NCBI GenBank assembly: GCA_964455915.1
Contig: CAYWAS010000001.1
Span: 43,882-107,881, forward strand
DNA: 64,000 nt
DNA from: an uncultured Oscillibacter sp.
GTDB taxonomy: Bacteria; Bacillota; Clostridia; Oscillospirales; Oscillospiraceae
Direction: 5' to 3'
Part shown: positions 46,953 to 56,436 of the stretch, piece by piece
How positions within the stretch are numbered: the stretch's first letter is position 1
Layout of the letters: the number at the start of each line of letters is the position of its first letter
The notes under the pieces: model-generated
Told to the model about the DNA's origin: nothing
The model's input: only the letters and a program-made list of their open reading frames with translations
Databases searched by the model: none
Translations under genes and position numbers: made by a program

Positions 46953-47624
46953 CTAATTGAACCCTCGCACCAGACTGGAAAACAGCAGCTCCCAGCCGTT
47001 CATCGCCACAAACAGCAGCAGCTTGAAGGGCATGGAGATCATCGAGGGCGGCAGCATGATCATTCCCATGGACATCAGCGTGGAAGAGACCACGATATCG
47101 ATGAGCATAAACGGCAGATACAGCAGAAATCCGATCTCAAAGGCGCGCTGCAGCTCGCAGGTCATAAATGCCGGCACGATGATCTTCATTGAGAGCTTCG
47201 ATGTGGTCGCCAGATCGTAGGTCTCCGGCGTCGGCTCCTTCGCCAGCTCGCAATACATTTTCAGCGTCGAGCTCTTCGTGTTGAGCAGCATGAATTCCTT
47301 CAGCGGCTGCTGCGCGCGGTCGATAAACTCCTCCTGCGTGATCTCCTCCGCTATGTACGGATCGTATGCCTCCGTCTTGATCGCGTCCAGCGTCGGCCCC
47401 ATGGTAAAGAGCGTCAAAAACAGGGCCAGTCCGATCAGCACGACATTCGGCGGCGTTTGCTGCGTTCCGAGCGCGGAGCGCATGAAGGAAAACGAGATCA
47501 CATATCTGCTGAACGGTGTCATCATCACCAGCAGCGACGGCAGGAGCGTGATCATCGTCGTCAGAAAGAGGACCTCCAGCGTCTGCACGCTCTCTCCGTT
47601 CAGGCTGATAATGCTTTCAGTCAA
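46953..47624 (-). CDS. fliP: Export apparatus protein FliP
   Basis: ALGTQQTPPN, LGM-like MGMIMLPPSMISMPFKLLLFV. Confidence 0.96.
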   Translation of the reverse strand: MTESIISLNGESVQTLEVLFLTTMITLLPSLLVMMTPFSRYVISFSFMRSALGTQQTPPNVVLIGLALFLTLFTMGPTLDAIKTEAYDPYIAEEITQEEFIDRAQQPLKEFMLLNTKSSTLKMYCELAKEPTPETYDLATTSKLSMKIIVPAFMTCELQRAFEIGFLLYLPFMLIDIVVSSTLMSMGMIMLPPSMISMPFKLLLFVAMNGWELLFSSLVRGFN

Positions 47625-47630
47625 AGCTGT

Positions 47631-48005
47631 TCACCTCTGCTTCCTTTCCTTCAGCACCTGAGAAAACGCCTCGAAGAAACCGGTCGGCTCCTGCGTGGCG
47701 TGCTCCTGCGCGTCCGCCGTGACGCGAGCCATCTCTTCCTCGGAAAACTCCGAGAGCATGGTGATCGCGTTGGGCGTGACACCGAGGAGAAAATAACGAT
47801 CGCCTGCGCGCGCAAGGACCAGACGCTGGTCCTTGCCGATGAGCTCCTGCGAGAGCACCTTGATCTGTCCGCCTCCGCGACTCCCCGCTCCGCGCAGTAA
47901 CCCCTTCCCCGCGACAAAGCGGGTGACCCAGTAGGACATTCCTACTACGACAACGATACAGACGATCGCCCAGACGAGCAGAAACCAGTCGTGTCCGCTC
48001 GGCAT
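47631..48005 (-). CDS. fliO: Flagellar biosynthesis protein FliO
   Basis: TM followed by IKVLSQELIGKDQRLVL...YFLLGVT. Confidence 0.85.
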   Translation of the reverse strand: MPSGHDWFLLVWAIVCIVVVVGMSYWVTRFVAGKGLLRGAGSRGGGQIKVLSQELIGKDQRLVLARAGDRYFLLGVTPNAITMLSEFSEEEMARVTADAQEHATQEPTGFFEAFSQVLKERKQR

Positions 48006-48008
48006 GGA

Positions 48009-48377
48009 TCAGGGATTGCCGAGAATGCTGGTAACGGTCTTGAGCACACGGTCCGCCTTAAAGGGCTTGACGATGAAGTCCTTTGCACCGGAGCGGACTG
48101 CGTCCATGACCATGCTCTCCTGACCCATGGCGGAGCACATGACCACATTGGCGCCGCCGTCCTTCGCGCGGATCGCCTTGAGCGCCTCCAGACCGTCCAT
48201 ATTGGGCATGGTGATGTCCATGATCACCAGGTCGGGATTGATCTCGCTGAACTTTTCAACGGCGTCCGCACCGTCCACCGCTTCGAACAGCTCCGTATAG
48301 CCACTCTTGCTCAGAACATCTTTGATCAGCTTTCGCATGAAGGCCGCGTCGTCAACCAAAAGAATTTTCTTACCCAT
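48009..48377 (-). CDS. cheY: Chemotaxis response regulator CheY
   Basis: KKILLVDDAAFMR, MDITMPNMDG, MCSAMGQESMV, FIVKPF (Bacillus-type CheY). Confidence 0.96.
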   Translation of the reverse strand: MGKKILLVDDAAFMRKLIKDVLSKSGYTELFEAVDGADAVEKFSEINPDLVIMDITMPNMDGLEALKAIRAKDGGANVVMCSAMGQESMVMDAVRSGAKDFIVKPFKADRVLKTVTSILGNP

Positions 48378-48454
48378 TGTAAAACCCATCCTTTACTTCT
48401 TTTCTATAAAAATCTATAAATTATTTTTTTAACCTGTCTTGCGAAGGTATTCTC

Positions 48455-49897
48455 TTATTGCTTTGCTCCCGGTATGACGATACCCGGCTTCTGCACGATC
48501 TCCGTGATGCGAACACCGAAATTGTCATCGACCACAACGACATCGCCCCGCGCGATGCACTTGCCGTTCACGAACAGATCCACCTGATCGCCGGCGAGCT
48601 TGTCCAGCACCACCAGAGAGCCCTTGGAGAACTCCAGGATATCCTGCACCTTCTGGCGGGTCCGACCGATCTCGACGGTGACCTGCAGCGGCACCTCCAT
48701 GATCAGCTCCAGATTTTCCGCCTGCTCTTTGCCGAGGGATACGGTCTTCTCCATTTCCGGCATCACAACAGGCTGCGTGTTGATCACCTTCGGCTCAGGC
48801 TGCTTGCTCTCCGGTGCCTGAGGCGGGTACTGCCAGTACATCTGCGGCGGATAGCCGGGATATCCGCCGAAATAGGGCGGCATTCCCATCGCCTGCATCT
48901 GCTCCGGCGTCGGCATCGTATAGCCCTGTGCGGGCGGCACCGTCGGCTGCGGCGCGGCAGACTGCGGCGGTACGGGTGTCTGCGGTGCGGCGGGCTGCGG
49001 CGCATTCTCCCGCAGCATTTTTTCGATCTCCTCCTGACTGAGACTCCGGCCTCCGTCAGACTTCTGCTCAGGCGGCTCCGGCTCTGCGCCCGCACCGCTG
49101 ATCAGTCGTTCGATCTCCTCCTGGCTGAGCGCCTTTCCCGAATCGGCCGGCTCGGGCTTGGGCGGCTCCGCCGCCGCGCCGCCGGACATCAGCCGCTCGA
49201 TCTCCTCCTGTGTGAGCTGTCTGGAGCCGCTGCTCTCCTCCGCCTTCGGCGGTTCGGGCTGCGCGGGCGCGGCCTGAAGGTCCGCCCCGCTCTCGTCCTC
49301 ATCGCCGAGGCCCAGTCCCTTGAGCAGCTCCTTCGCCAGACCGACGCTCATGACATTCATGAACTCGCTCTCCAGCGCGTTCTCGATCTTCAGCGAGAAC
49401 TTGACCGCAACGATCGTCTCCGCTCCCCGCGGAAGGTGGTTCGCCTTGAAGGACTCCAGATCCTCCAATTCAAACGGCTCCGGCGTTGAGATGTTGACGG
49501 GGAAGCCTAAAAACTCCGACATCGCGGTCGCCGCCGCGCCCATCATCTGGTTCATCACTTCGCAAACGGCACTGATCGTCAGCTCATTGAGCTCAAACTC
49601 CTCCTCCGGAGTCTCCGAGCCCATCAGAATGTCAACGATCACCTTCACATCGCCGCGGCGCAGAAGCATGATATTGCTCCCGTCAAGCCCCTCGACATAG
49701 CGGATCTCGACACCCATGGCAGGCTCCAGCTTGCCGAGGGCAAAATCCTTCACATCAACGACCTGCACCTGAGGAGTGGTAATATCAACCCGGTGATCGA
49801 GCATATTGGACACTGCCGTCGCGGACGAGCCCAGGCTGATGTTCATCATCTCGCCAAGCGCATCGATCTCCATCGGGCTGAACAATCTATTCTCCAT
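48455..49897 (-). CDS. fliY: Switch phosphatase FliY (CheC domain, long linker, FliN domain)
   Basis: GEMMNIS and CEVMNQ ExxN sites; C-terminal VPLQVTVEIGRT...IARGDVVVVDDNFGVRI. Confidence 0.95.
   Translation of the reverse strand: MENRLFSPMEIDALGEMMNISLGSSATAVSNMLDHRVDITTPQVQVVDVKDFALGKLEPAMGVEIRYVEGLDGSNIMLLRRGDVKVIVDILMGSETPEEEFELNELTISAVCEVMNQMMGAAATAMSEFLGFPVNISTPEPFELEDLESFKANHLPRGAETIVAVKFSLKIENALESEFMNVMSVGLAKELLKGLGLGDEDESGADLQAAPAQPEPPKAEESSGSRQLTQEEIERLMSGGAAAEPPKPEPADSGKALSQEEIERLISGAGAEPEPPEQKSDGGRSLSQEEIEKMLRENAPQPAAPQTPVPPQSAAPQPTVPPAQGYTMPTPEQMQAMGMPPYFGGYPGYPPQMYWQYPPQAPESKQPEPKVINTQPVVMPEMEKTVSLGKEQAENLELIMEVPLQVTVEIGRTRQKVQDILEFSKGSLVVLDKLAGDQVDLFVNGKCIARGDVVVVDDNFGVRITEIVQKPGIVIPGAKQ
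49013..49225 (-). repeat. Three tandem 87-bp (29-aa) units inside fliY, each with L(S/T)QEEIE
   Basis: TCGATCTCCTCCTG core recurs at 49023, 49110 and 49197 (87-bp period). Confidence 0.9.
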
Positions 49898-49914
49898 ACT
49901 CTCAACTCGCTCCT

Positions 49915-50910
49915 TCACTCGGCCTGATAGCACACATCATCTATCTTGACCGCGATATTTTTCTTATGCGTTCCGATCTTGCCCGTAAACCAGTGGTATC
50001 CGCCGATCTCCAGATAAACGGGAGATGTGTGGGCCTGACCCAGATCGATCACATCGCCGACATGAAGATGGTAGACATCGCTCAGGGAAAGCTGCGTGCT
50101 CCCCAGCTCCGCGACGATCTCCAGCTCGGAATCACGCAGGCTCTCAAATATTTCTGTCGACTTATTTTCCGACGCGCTTCTTCGCATCGGATTTTCCCGA
50201 CTGATCTCCGCAAATATGTTGATCAGCATTTCGCCGGGAAGACATATACTCATGCGTCCGTCCCCGTTCGGGAACTGGATCTTCAGGTCAACGATCACAA
50301 TGATCTCGTCCAGACCGATCACCTGATTGAGCGTCGGGTTCACCTCGGTGCGGCCGAAGGTGAATTTGATGGGCAGATAACTCTCCCAGCTATTCCCCAT
50401 GACCGAAACAAGGTCTATCACCGTGTCCTCATACAGCCGCAGCTCCACATCGGTGTAGCTGTAGTCGGAGGGCACATCTACCTGTGCCGACCCGTCGCCG
50501 CCGAGCAGATAGTCCATGATCGTCAGACCGGTCGAGGTGGACAGGTAGAACATGACGGGGATCTCCTCCACCCTGCTCTTGGTCTCCACATCGATCAGGG
50601 CCAGCACATCACCCTCGGTCAGCGCGTTGGAAAATTCGTAGTAGTGCTGCTCCTCTATGCTCTCCACCGTGATCTCACAGTTGGTTCGCAGCCGCGCGTT
50701 GAGGCGGGAATTGATGATCCGCGCGTAGGTATCAAAAATGCCGTTGAGCATTTTGATGCGGTCTTTTGTAAATTTCTTCGGACTCGCAAAGTCATATTTG
50801 CGATATTTCTTCTCCGGCTGCTCTTCCTTTGCAGGCTCCGCGACTCCGTCGCCGCTCCGCATCGAGTTGAGCAACGCGTCGATCTCACTTTGAGATAATA
50901 CATCTGGCAT
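49915..50910 (-). CDS. fliM: Motor switch protein FliM
   Basis: N-terminal VLSQSEIDALL; YDFASPKKFTKD; C-terminal SpoA domain. Confidence 0.97.
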   Translation of the reverse strand: MPDVLSQSEIDALLNSMRSGDGVAEPAKEEQPEKKYRKYDFASPKKFTKDRIKMLNGIFDTYARIINSRLNARLRTNCEITVESIEEQHYYEFSNALTEGDVLALIDVETKSRVEEIPVMFYLSTSTGLTIMDYLLGGDGSAQVDVPSDYSYTDVELRLYEDTVIDLVSVMGNSWESYLPIKFTFGRTEVNPTLNQVIGLDEIIVIVDLKIQFPNGDGRMSICLPGEMLINIFAEISRENPMRRSASENKSTEIFESLRDSELEIVAELGSTQLSLSDVYHLHVGDVIDLGQAHTSPVYLEIGGYHWFTGKIGTHKKNIAVKIDDVCYQAE

Positions 50911-50985
50911 AGTCTAAATCACTCAGCCCGTGCAGTTTCAGGCGCTCCTTTCTCTGATGGTCGGAAATCGTTTTTGCGAGCCGGC

Positions 50986-51768
50986 TCAGCCGGCCGTATA
51001 GTAGCTGTCGATATCGCCGGACATCTCTTTGGCGATATCGCGTCCGCTGATGATCATTTCAACGCGGCGGTTTTTGGCGCGCCCCTCCGATGTATCGTTG
51101 CTCGCCACCGGACGCCACTGTCCCACGCCCACGCTCACGAGCCGCGCCGGATCCACCGTGCTGTTCTCCTGCACATAGATCACGACATTCGTCGCGCGCT
51201 GGCTGGAGAGCGACCTGTCCACGCTGACTCTGTTCGGACTGTTCGGGTCGCCCTGCGCCGTGTGACCGAGCACCTGTATCTCTTCGATCGAATCCGCCGC
51301 GCTGCTGAGCGTAACACAGACCTTATCCAGTATATCCTTTGCCTCCGGCAGCAGCACCGCGCTGTCGCCGGCAAAGAACACGGTATCGCTGAAGGAAATG
51401 AACACGCGCCCGCCCTCTTTTGTCACAGAGATCGTCCCGCTCATTTCCGTGCTTGCGATCAGCTCGCTCAGCGCCTCGTAGATCCCGCTCATATCCTGAT
51501 CGATGATCGCCTGCAGCTCCTCCGCAGACGGCGCAACGCCTGCCTGATCTCCGTCCGCGCTGGGGCCGTCTCCTCCCGGTGTGGCGGTAGAATCCGCCAC
51601 CGCGTAGGGGTTGAAGCTCATGACCAGGTTTTTCCACGCTTCCTCGCTGATGGTGGACATGGAGTACAGCAGCACGAAGAAGCACAGCAGAAGCGTCACC
51701 ATGTCGCCGTAGGTGTCCATCCAGTTCGCACCGCCGCCACCGCTATTCTTTTTGCGTTTGAGCGCCAT
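50986..51768 (-). CDS. motB: Stator B subunit (MotB/PomB family)
   Basis: WMDTYGDMVTLLLCFFVLLYSMS TM with the conserved Asp; OmpA-like GHT...LSSQRA...KNRRVE. Confidence 0.95.
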   Translation of the reverse strand: MALKRKKNSGGGGANWMDTYGDMVTLLLCFFVLLYSMSTISEEAWKNLVMSFNPYAVADSTATPGGDGPSADGDQAGVAPSAEELQAIIDQDMSGIYEALSELIASTEMSGTISVTKEGGRVFISFSDTVFFAGDSAVLLPEAKDILDKVCVTLSSAADSIEEIQVLGHTAQGDPNSPNRVSVDRSLSSQRATNVVIYVQENSTVDPARLVSVGVGQWRPVASNDTSEGRAKNRRVEMIISGRDIAKEMSGDIDSYYTAG

Positions 51769-51817
51769 GCCGCTTCCTCCCTTTCCTCTGTTGTGCTGTC
51801 GGTGAGGTCAGAGCCGA

Positions 51818-52726
51818 TCATTCCTGAGCCTCTTCCTCGTCCTTCTTACCCTTTTTCTTCTTGCCCTTCTTGCCGCTGCCGTCGCGATCCCGCTGCGCCA
51901 TGTAGGTCATCAGCCGCTCGCGCAGGAACTTCGGGTTCTCGCCCGCCTGAATGGACATCACGCCCTCCACAATGATCATCTTGCAGAGGACCTCCTCCTC
52001 GTCTCTCTGGCGCAGAATGGTGGCGATGGGGCCAAAGATCATGTGCGCCAGAATGCAGCCGTACAGCGTTGTGATCAGCGCCGTACCCATGTCGGAGCCG
52101 ATGTTGCCGGAGCCCTCCTCCAGATTCATGCCCTTGAGCATATTGATGAGGCCCACCAGCGTACCCACCATACCGAAGGCGGGAGCGACAGAGCTCGCCT
52201 TGTCGTACATCGCCGCCACGGACTCGTGACGGGCGGACATATTCTCAATATCCGTCTCCAGGATCCCGCGCACCTTGTCCTGATCGTAGGCGTCCACGAT
52301 CAGCATGATCGCCTGCTTGAAGAAGGGATCGCTCTGGTCGTTCGCCCTCTCCTCCAGAGAGAGCAGACCGTTCTTTCGCGCAAGCTGCGCCAGCTCCACG
52401 AGCTGATTGATGTAGTACATCGGGTCGAACTGGTCGTTGTTCAGCAGCATCTTGAAATGCTGCGGCAGGCTCTTGAGCATGGAGGGCGGAAAGCTCGCGA
52501 CCACGACGAAAACAGTACACCCGATGGTGATGAGGATACTGGCCGGATCGAAGAAGTTCCACAAGTTCTCCGGCGTGAAGGTGACACCTTCGATGCCGCC
52601 GCCCGCCTTCATCTTGATCGTGGCAACGCAGCCGAACAGGAACACCACGATCGCGCCCGCCAGACCGATCAGATAGGTGATATTCAGGCTGCCCTTTTTT
52701 CCACCCTTCTTTTTTTCTTTTGCCAT
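51818..52726 (-). CDS. motA: Stator A subunit (MotA/PomA family)
   Basis: LARKNGLLSLEE, APAFGMVGTLVGLI, ALITTLYG. Confidence 0.95.
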   Translation of the reverse strand: MAKEKKKGGKKGSLNITYLIGLAGAIVVFLFGCVATIKMKAGGGIEGVTFTPENLWNFFDPASILITIGCTVFVVVASFPPSMLKSLPQHFKMLLNNDQFDPMYYINQLVELAQLARKNGLLSLEERANDQSDPFFKQAIMLIVDAYDQDKVRGILETDIENMSARHESVAAMYDKASSVAPAFGMVGTLVGLINMLKGMNLEEGSGNIGSDMGTALITTLYGCILAHMIFGPIATILRQRDEEEVLCKMIIVEGVMSIQAGENPKFLRERLMTYMAQRDRDGSGKKGKKKKGKKDEEEAQE

Positions 52727-52780
52727 CTTTCTATCCTCCTTTCGCGGAGGCGCAGCCTCCCGCAAAGTCGTTTTATTTCA

Positions 52781-52996
52781 TCAACGCCGGTCGGTCACCG
52801 TGATCTCACGGTGGATATCCTGCACCTTCGCGTTGTATTCTGCGATTTTATCAATAATCTCCTCGATGCTCTCGCACACGAGGTAATAATCGTGGTTCAT
52901 CATGGTGATCTTGGATTCCGGAATGGATTCGATACACTCGATCTGCAGGTGATTGATCAGGAACCTCTCCTGATTTCGCTTGGTCAGTACGATCAT
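52781..52996 (-). CDS. flbD: FlbD/SwrD family protein
   Basis: MIVLTKRNQERFLINHLQIECIESIPESKITM; between flgE and motA. Confidence 0.9.
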   Translation of the reverse strand: MIVLTKRNQERFLINHLQIECIESIPESKITMMNHDYYLVCESIEEIIDKIAEYNAKVQDIHREITVTDRR

Positions 52997-53016
52997 GCTT
53001 TTCCCCTTCCTTCCCG

Positions 53017-53048
53017 ACCGTCGGGCGGCGGTCACGCCGCCCGACGGT
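53017..53048. other. Perfect 14-bp-stem intergenic hairpin downstream of flgE
   Basis: ACCGTCGGGCGGCG-GTCA-CGCCGCCCGACGGT; no U-tract. Confidence 0.75.
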
Positions 53049-53069
53049 GTATTATGCTCAAAGGGAAGC

Positions 53070-54287
53070 TCAACGCTTCATGTTCACTAATTCTTCCAGC
53101 ATCGTGTCCGTGACGGTGATGATGCGGGTGTTGGCCTGATAGCCGCGCTGGGTCGTGATCATGTCGGAGATCTCCGTGGCGAGGTCCACATTGGAGCCCT
53201 CCAGACCGCCGGTGAGGATCTGTCCGCCCGCGGAGCCGACACGCGCCTTCTCGCTCGGTGTCACCGCAGCAGCGGCATCGACCAGACCGCCGTTGACATA
53301 GCTCAGCGTGCCGCCGCCGACCGTCGTGATGTCGCTCGCAAGGCCCGCCATCAGGGAGACCGACAGGTCACCCGCGCCGTCACCGGCCTGATAGTAGAAG
53401 CCGCCGGTGTGGGTCACGCCGTTGGGATTGGTCACGCTGCCGACCGCCAGATAGCCGATGACAACAGGCGTATCGCTGCCTTCCACGATACCGGTGATCT
53501 GACCCTTTTCGGAGATGGAGATGCTGTTCATCTGGGCAAAGGCAAGGTTGATCTGATCAGCGGGATCCGCCTGTCCAGAATTATAAAAAGTATCGTAGTC
53601 CGTCAGCTTGACCTGATCAGTTGCTGCAAGAAGTCCGGCGCTATCTGACACAATGGCATCAGGCGTACCTGCCACCACAGGATAGCGAACTTCTGTCTTT
53701 GTGCTAACAACAGCAGCAGGGTCATCGGTCGGGTTGCCGGTAGCGTCAAGATTTATCGTCTGCTGCTTGGGCAGACGGATCGGCACGAGCTGGTCGCTGA
53801 CGATGGGATCACCTTTGTCATCATAGCCCACGGTCAGAAAACCGTAGACGCAGCTACCGTTGCCGTCGACCAGATAGCCGTCCGAATCAAAGCCGAAGTC
53901 GCCCACGCGGGTCAGGTTCAGACCCTTGAAGCTGCTGGGATTGGTTGCTGTGATATTGTCCGCTGTGGTCTTATTGCCCACGAGGAAAAAGCCGTCGCCA
54001 TCGATCATGCAGTCCATGGAAGTGCCGGGGGAATAACTGCCGCTGGTCATGTTCAGGTCGATGGTGCTGAGCTGGGAACCATAGCCGATCTGGGCGGGGT
54101 TCCGTCCGCCGGTGGTGCTGGTACCGTCCGCGCCGCTGCGGTACATGGTATACATCGCGTCCTTGAATACCGTGCGCTGGGACTTATAGCCCGCGGTGTT
54201 GACATTGGCAATATTGTTGCCGATGACATTCATTTTGCTCATGTGGGTCTTCAGACCCGCAATCGCGGCATACATTGCTCCAGTCAT
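53070..54287 (-). CDS. flgE: Flagellar hook protein FlgE
   Basis: VIGNNIANVNTAGYKSQR; LEGSNVDLATEISDMITTQRGYQANTR. Confidence 0.96.
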   Translation of the reverse strand: MTGAMYAAIAGLKTHMSKMNVIGNNIANVNTAGYKSQRTVFKDAMYTMYRSGADGTSTTGGRNPAQIGYGSQLSTIDLNMTSGSYSPGTSMDCMIDGDGFFLVGNKTTADNITATNPSSFKGLNLTRVGDFGFDSDGYLVDGNGSCVYGFLTVGYDDKGDPIVSDQLVPIRLPKQQTINLDATGNPTDDPAAVVSTKTEVRYPVVAGTPDAIVSDSAGLLAATDQVKLTDYDTFYNSGQADPADQINLAFAQMNSISISEKGQITGIVEGSDTPVVIGYLAVGSVTNPNGVTHTGGFYYQAGDGAGDLSVSLMAGLASDITTVGGGTLSYVNGGLVDAAAAVTPSEKARVGSAGGQILTGGLEGSNVDLATEISDMITTQRGYQANTRIITVTDTMLEELVNMKR

Positions 54288-54385
54288 TTTTTCTGTATGA
54301 CTCCTTTCGATCCTTGCGCCGCCCGCTCCCCGTCATTCGGGCGAGGAGCGATAGCCTCCGAGATCGGTCCTGCTATCTGTAGCTG

Positions 54386-54766
54386 TTACAGGAATACGGC
54401 GCCGTCAATATTGGTGAAGATGTTTTCCTTCATTTCCTCCTGCGTGATCGCGGTGATCACCTTCGCGTTGGGCACATTGATGATGAACGCCTTTTCCGTG
54501 TCCATCGCCAGAATGTTCTTCGCGCCCTTCGCCTGCGCCCGAAGCATACTGCCCTTGAGCTGGTCGATCAGGCTCGGTGTGATCTCAATGCCGCGCTCCT
54601 CCGCACGGGAGATGGCGTGCTTGGAAAATGCCACGCCCTGCTCCTCCGGTCTTGCGTTGGCAAGCTCCTGGCGGAATACCGCTCCGAAGCTCTGTCCCGC
54701 GGTTTGCTGCTGCGGGGCCGCGCCGGACGATCGCAGTTGGTGTTGGTTCGATAGCTTATCAATCAT
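54386..54766 (-). CDS. Flagellar operon protein (TIGR02530 type)
   Basis: FSKHAISRAEERGI...AFIINVPNAKVITA...NIFTNIDGAV; between flgD and flgE. Confidence 0.85.
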   Translation of the reverse strand: MIDKLSNQHQLRSSGAAPQQQTAGQSFGAVFRQELANARPEEQGVAFSKHAISRAEERGIEITPSLIDQLKGSMLRAQAKGAKNILAMDTEKAFIINVPNAKVITAITQEEMKENIFTNIDGAVFL

Positions 54767-54800
54767 TTTTGTCACCTCAAACAATCCCTGTTTTCCGGTG

Positions 54801-55262
54801 TTACTCGGTCTTGCTTCCGGATTCCGTTCCGTCCTTCTGGGGCAGTCTGCCGACCGCCATGATCTCATTCATGTAATAGTATTCATCGCCGACAAACACG
54901 ACCTGCTCGCCGCCCATGCTGCCCGTACCGGTGACCTCGCCGACGATCTCCTGTAGGTTTCCGTCCGAGTCGAACTTTCCCACGGTCACCTGCTTGCCGA
55001 CCAGAGACGCCGCATAGGTCATGATCGACGCGTCGGTCAGATTGGTGATCGCCGTGATCATCTGCATCTGCACCATCTGGTTGAGCATATCGCTGGTGTC
55101 GGCAGTGGAGTCGATGCTCTGATTGGTCATCTGCGTCACCATCAGCGTCAGAAAATCGGTCATGTCAAGGCTGCTGTTGTCCTTAGCGGCAGACATCTTT
55201 GCCGCCGTGCCGACAGCGCCTGTGGTGAAATAGCCGCTGATGTCACCCATGAAATCGCTCAT
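54801..55262 (-). CDS. flgD: Hook capping protein FlgD
   Basis: LDMTDFLTLMVTQMTNQ...AASLVGKQV. Confidence 0.92.
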   Translation of the reverse strand: MSDFMGDISGYFTTGAVGTAAKMSAAKDNSSLDMTDFLTLMVTQMTNQSIDSTADTSDMLNQMVQMQMITAITNLTDASIMTYAASLVGKQVTVGKFDSDGNLQEIVGEVTGTGSMGGEQVVFVGDEYYYMNEIMAVGRLPQKDGTESGSKTE

Positions 55263-55288
55263 ACTGTGTTCCTCCTTTTCTCAGGCTG

Positions 55289-56362
55289 TCAGGACGCCTC
55301 CGCGTCCAGCGGGATCAGACCCAGGCGTAAGCGGTGCAGGAAATCGGTTTCGTTTTTCTGCTCGCGCTGCTCCTGATGCTGCTCCTGCTGCCGGTGCTGC
55401 CCGCCGTCCTCGAAGCTCTGCTGACGATCGTCGTGCTGACGCGGGACCTCGATCTGCACCTCCTGCTGCGTGCCGCGGGACAGGATCTGCTGCAAGCCGC
55501 CCAGATCTTTCTCCAGAAGCTGCTGCGTCTGGCGGTTTTCCGCATGGAGCGCCACCAGCAGTCTGCCGTCGTCCGTAACGGTCATGCGCACCTCGATCGT
55601 GCCGAGGCTCTCGGGCGTCAACTGCACGCTCACCTGGGCTTTGCCCTGATCGATCGCGCGGAGGATCTGCTCGCCGACCTGCTCCTTCACCGGAACGCTC
55701 TGCTCTGCGGAAGCCGCTTCGCCGACCTTCACCAGAACGCTTTTCGTATCTTTGAATACCGCGCTCTCCGTTCCGCTCTCGCGGACCTCTTCGGTCTTGT
55801 CAAGATCCTGCTCCGGTCGATCCGTCTGCGCGGCAGCCTCGGTGCGTTCCCTGTGCGCGACAGTCGTTCTCTCCGTCGTCTGAGGAGCCTCCTCAGCCAC
55901 CGGACGCTGCTCCACCGCCGTGTTCGCCTCCTGCTTCGCCGTGGCTTCGGCATCGGCATTCTGCTCCACGGGTGCGACCTCTGCGGTCTCCTGCGCGGTC
56001 TGCGCGGTCTGTACCGCCTGCACCGTCTGCGGTGCGAGCTGCGTCAGCGGGGCATCGGGCGCGGTATCCTCGGCAGCAACGACCACCGGATTCTGCATCG
56101 TCGCCAGTGCCGCCGACAGGAGCTGCTCCTGCGAAACGACATCTTCGCCCTCCGTGGGCTGCTCAGCGGTCACAGCGTCTGCCGGTCTGCCCTCTGCGGA
56201 CACGCTGTCCTCAGTCTGCGATGCCTTCTCCGCGCCCTGATTCTTTTTCATCAGCTCGCGAAAGCCGGCACCGTCTCCCGTGGACTCGTCCGCCGCTGTC
56301 GTGCTCCGACGCTCGGCGGCTGCCTGCATCGTCTGCATCAGACCCATATAAATTGCTTCCAT
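55289..56362 (-). CDS. fliK: Hook-length control protein FliK
   Basis: Low-complexity N-terminal part; VQLTPESLGTIEVRM...LHAEN..TQQLL FliK-C motif. Confidence 0.9.
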   Translation of the reverse strand: MEAIYMGLMQTMQAAAERRSTTAADESTGDGAGFRELMKKNQGAEKASQTEDSVSAEGRPADAVTAEQPTEGEDVVSQEQLLSAALATMQNPVVVAAEDTAPDAPLTQLAPQTVQAVQTAQTAQETAEVAPVEQNADAEATAKQEANTAVEQRPVAEEAPQTTERTTVAHRERTEAAAQTDRPEQDLDKTEEVRESGTESAVFKDTKSVLVKVGEAASAEQSVPVKEQVGEQILRAIDQGKAQVSVQLTPESLGTIEVRMTVTDDGRLLVALHAENRQTQQLLEKDLGGLQQILSRGTQQEVQIEVPRQHDDRQQSFEDGGQHRQQEQHQEQREQKNETDFLHRLRLGLIPLDAEAS

Positions 56363-56436
56363 CTCTCATTTCACCTCCCTTCCCTGTGCTTGCTTCTATT
56401 CCAAACGAGAGGATATCCTCTCCGATCGGACGCTCG

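Noticed and set aside
48390-48454. AT-rich fliY-cheY spacer as an internal promoter
   Set aside because: Only a weak AAGACA-N16-TATAGA match; unsupported without TSS data.
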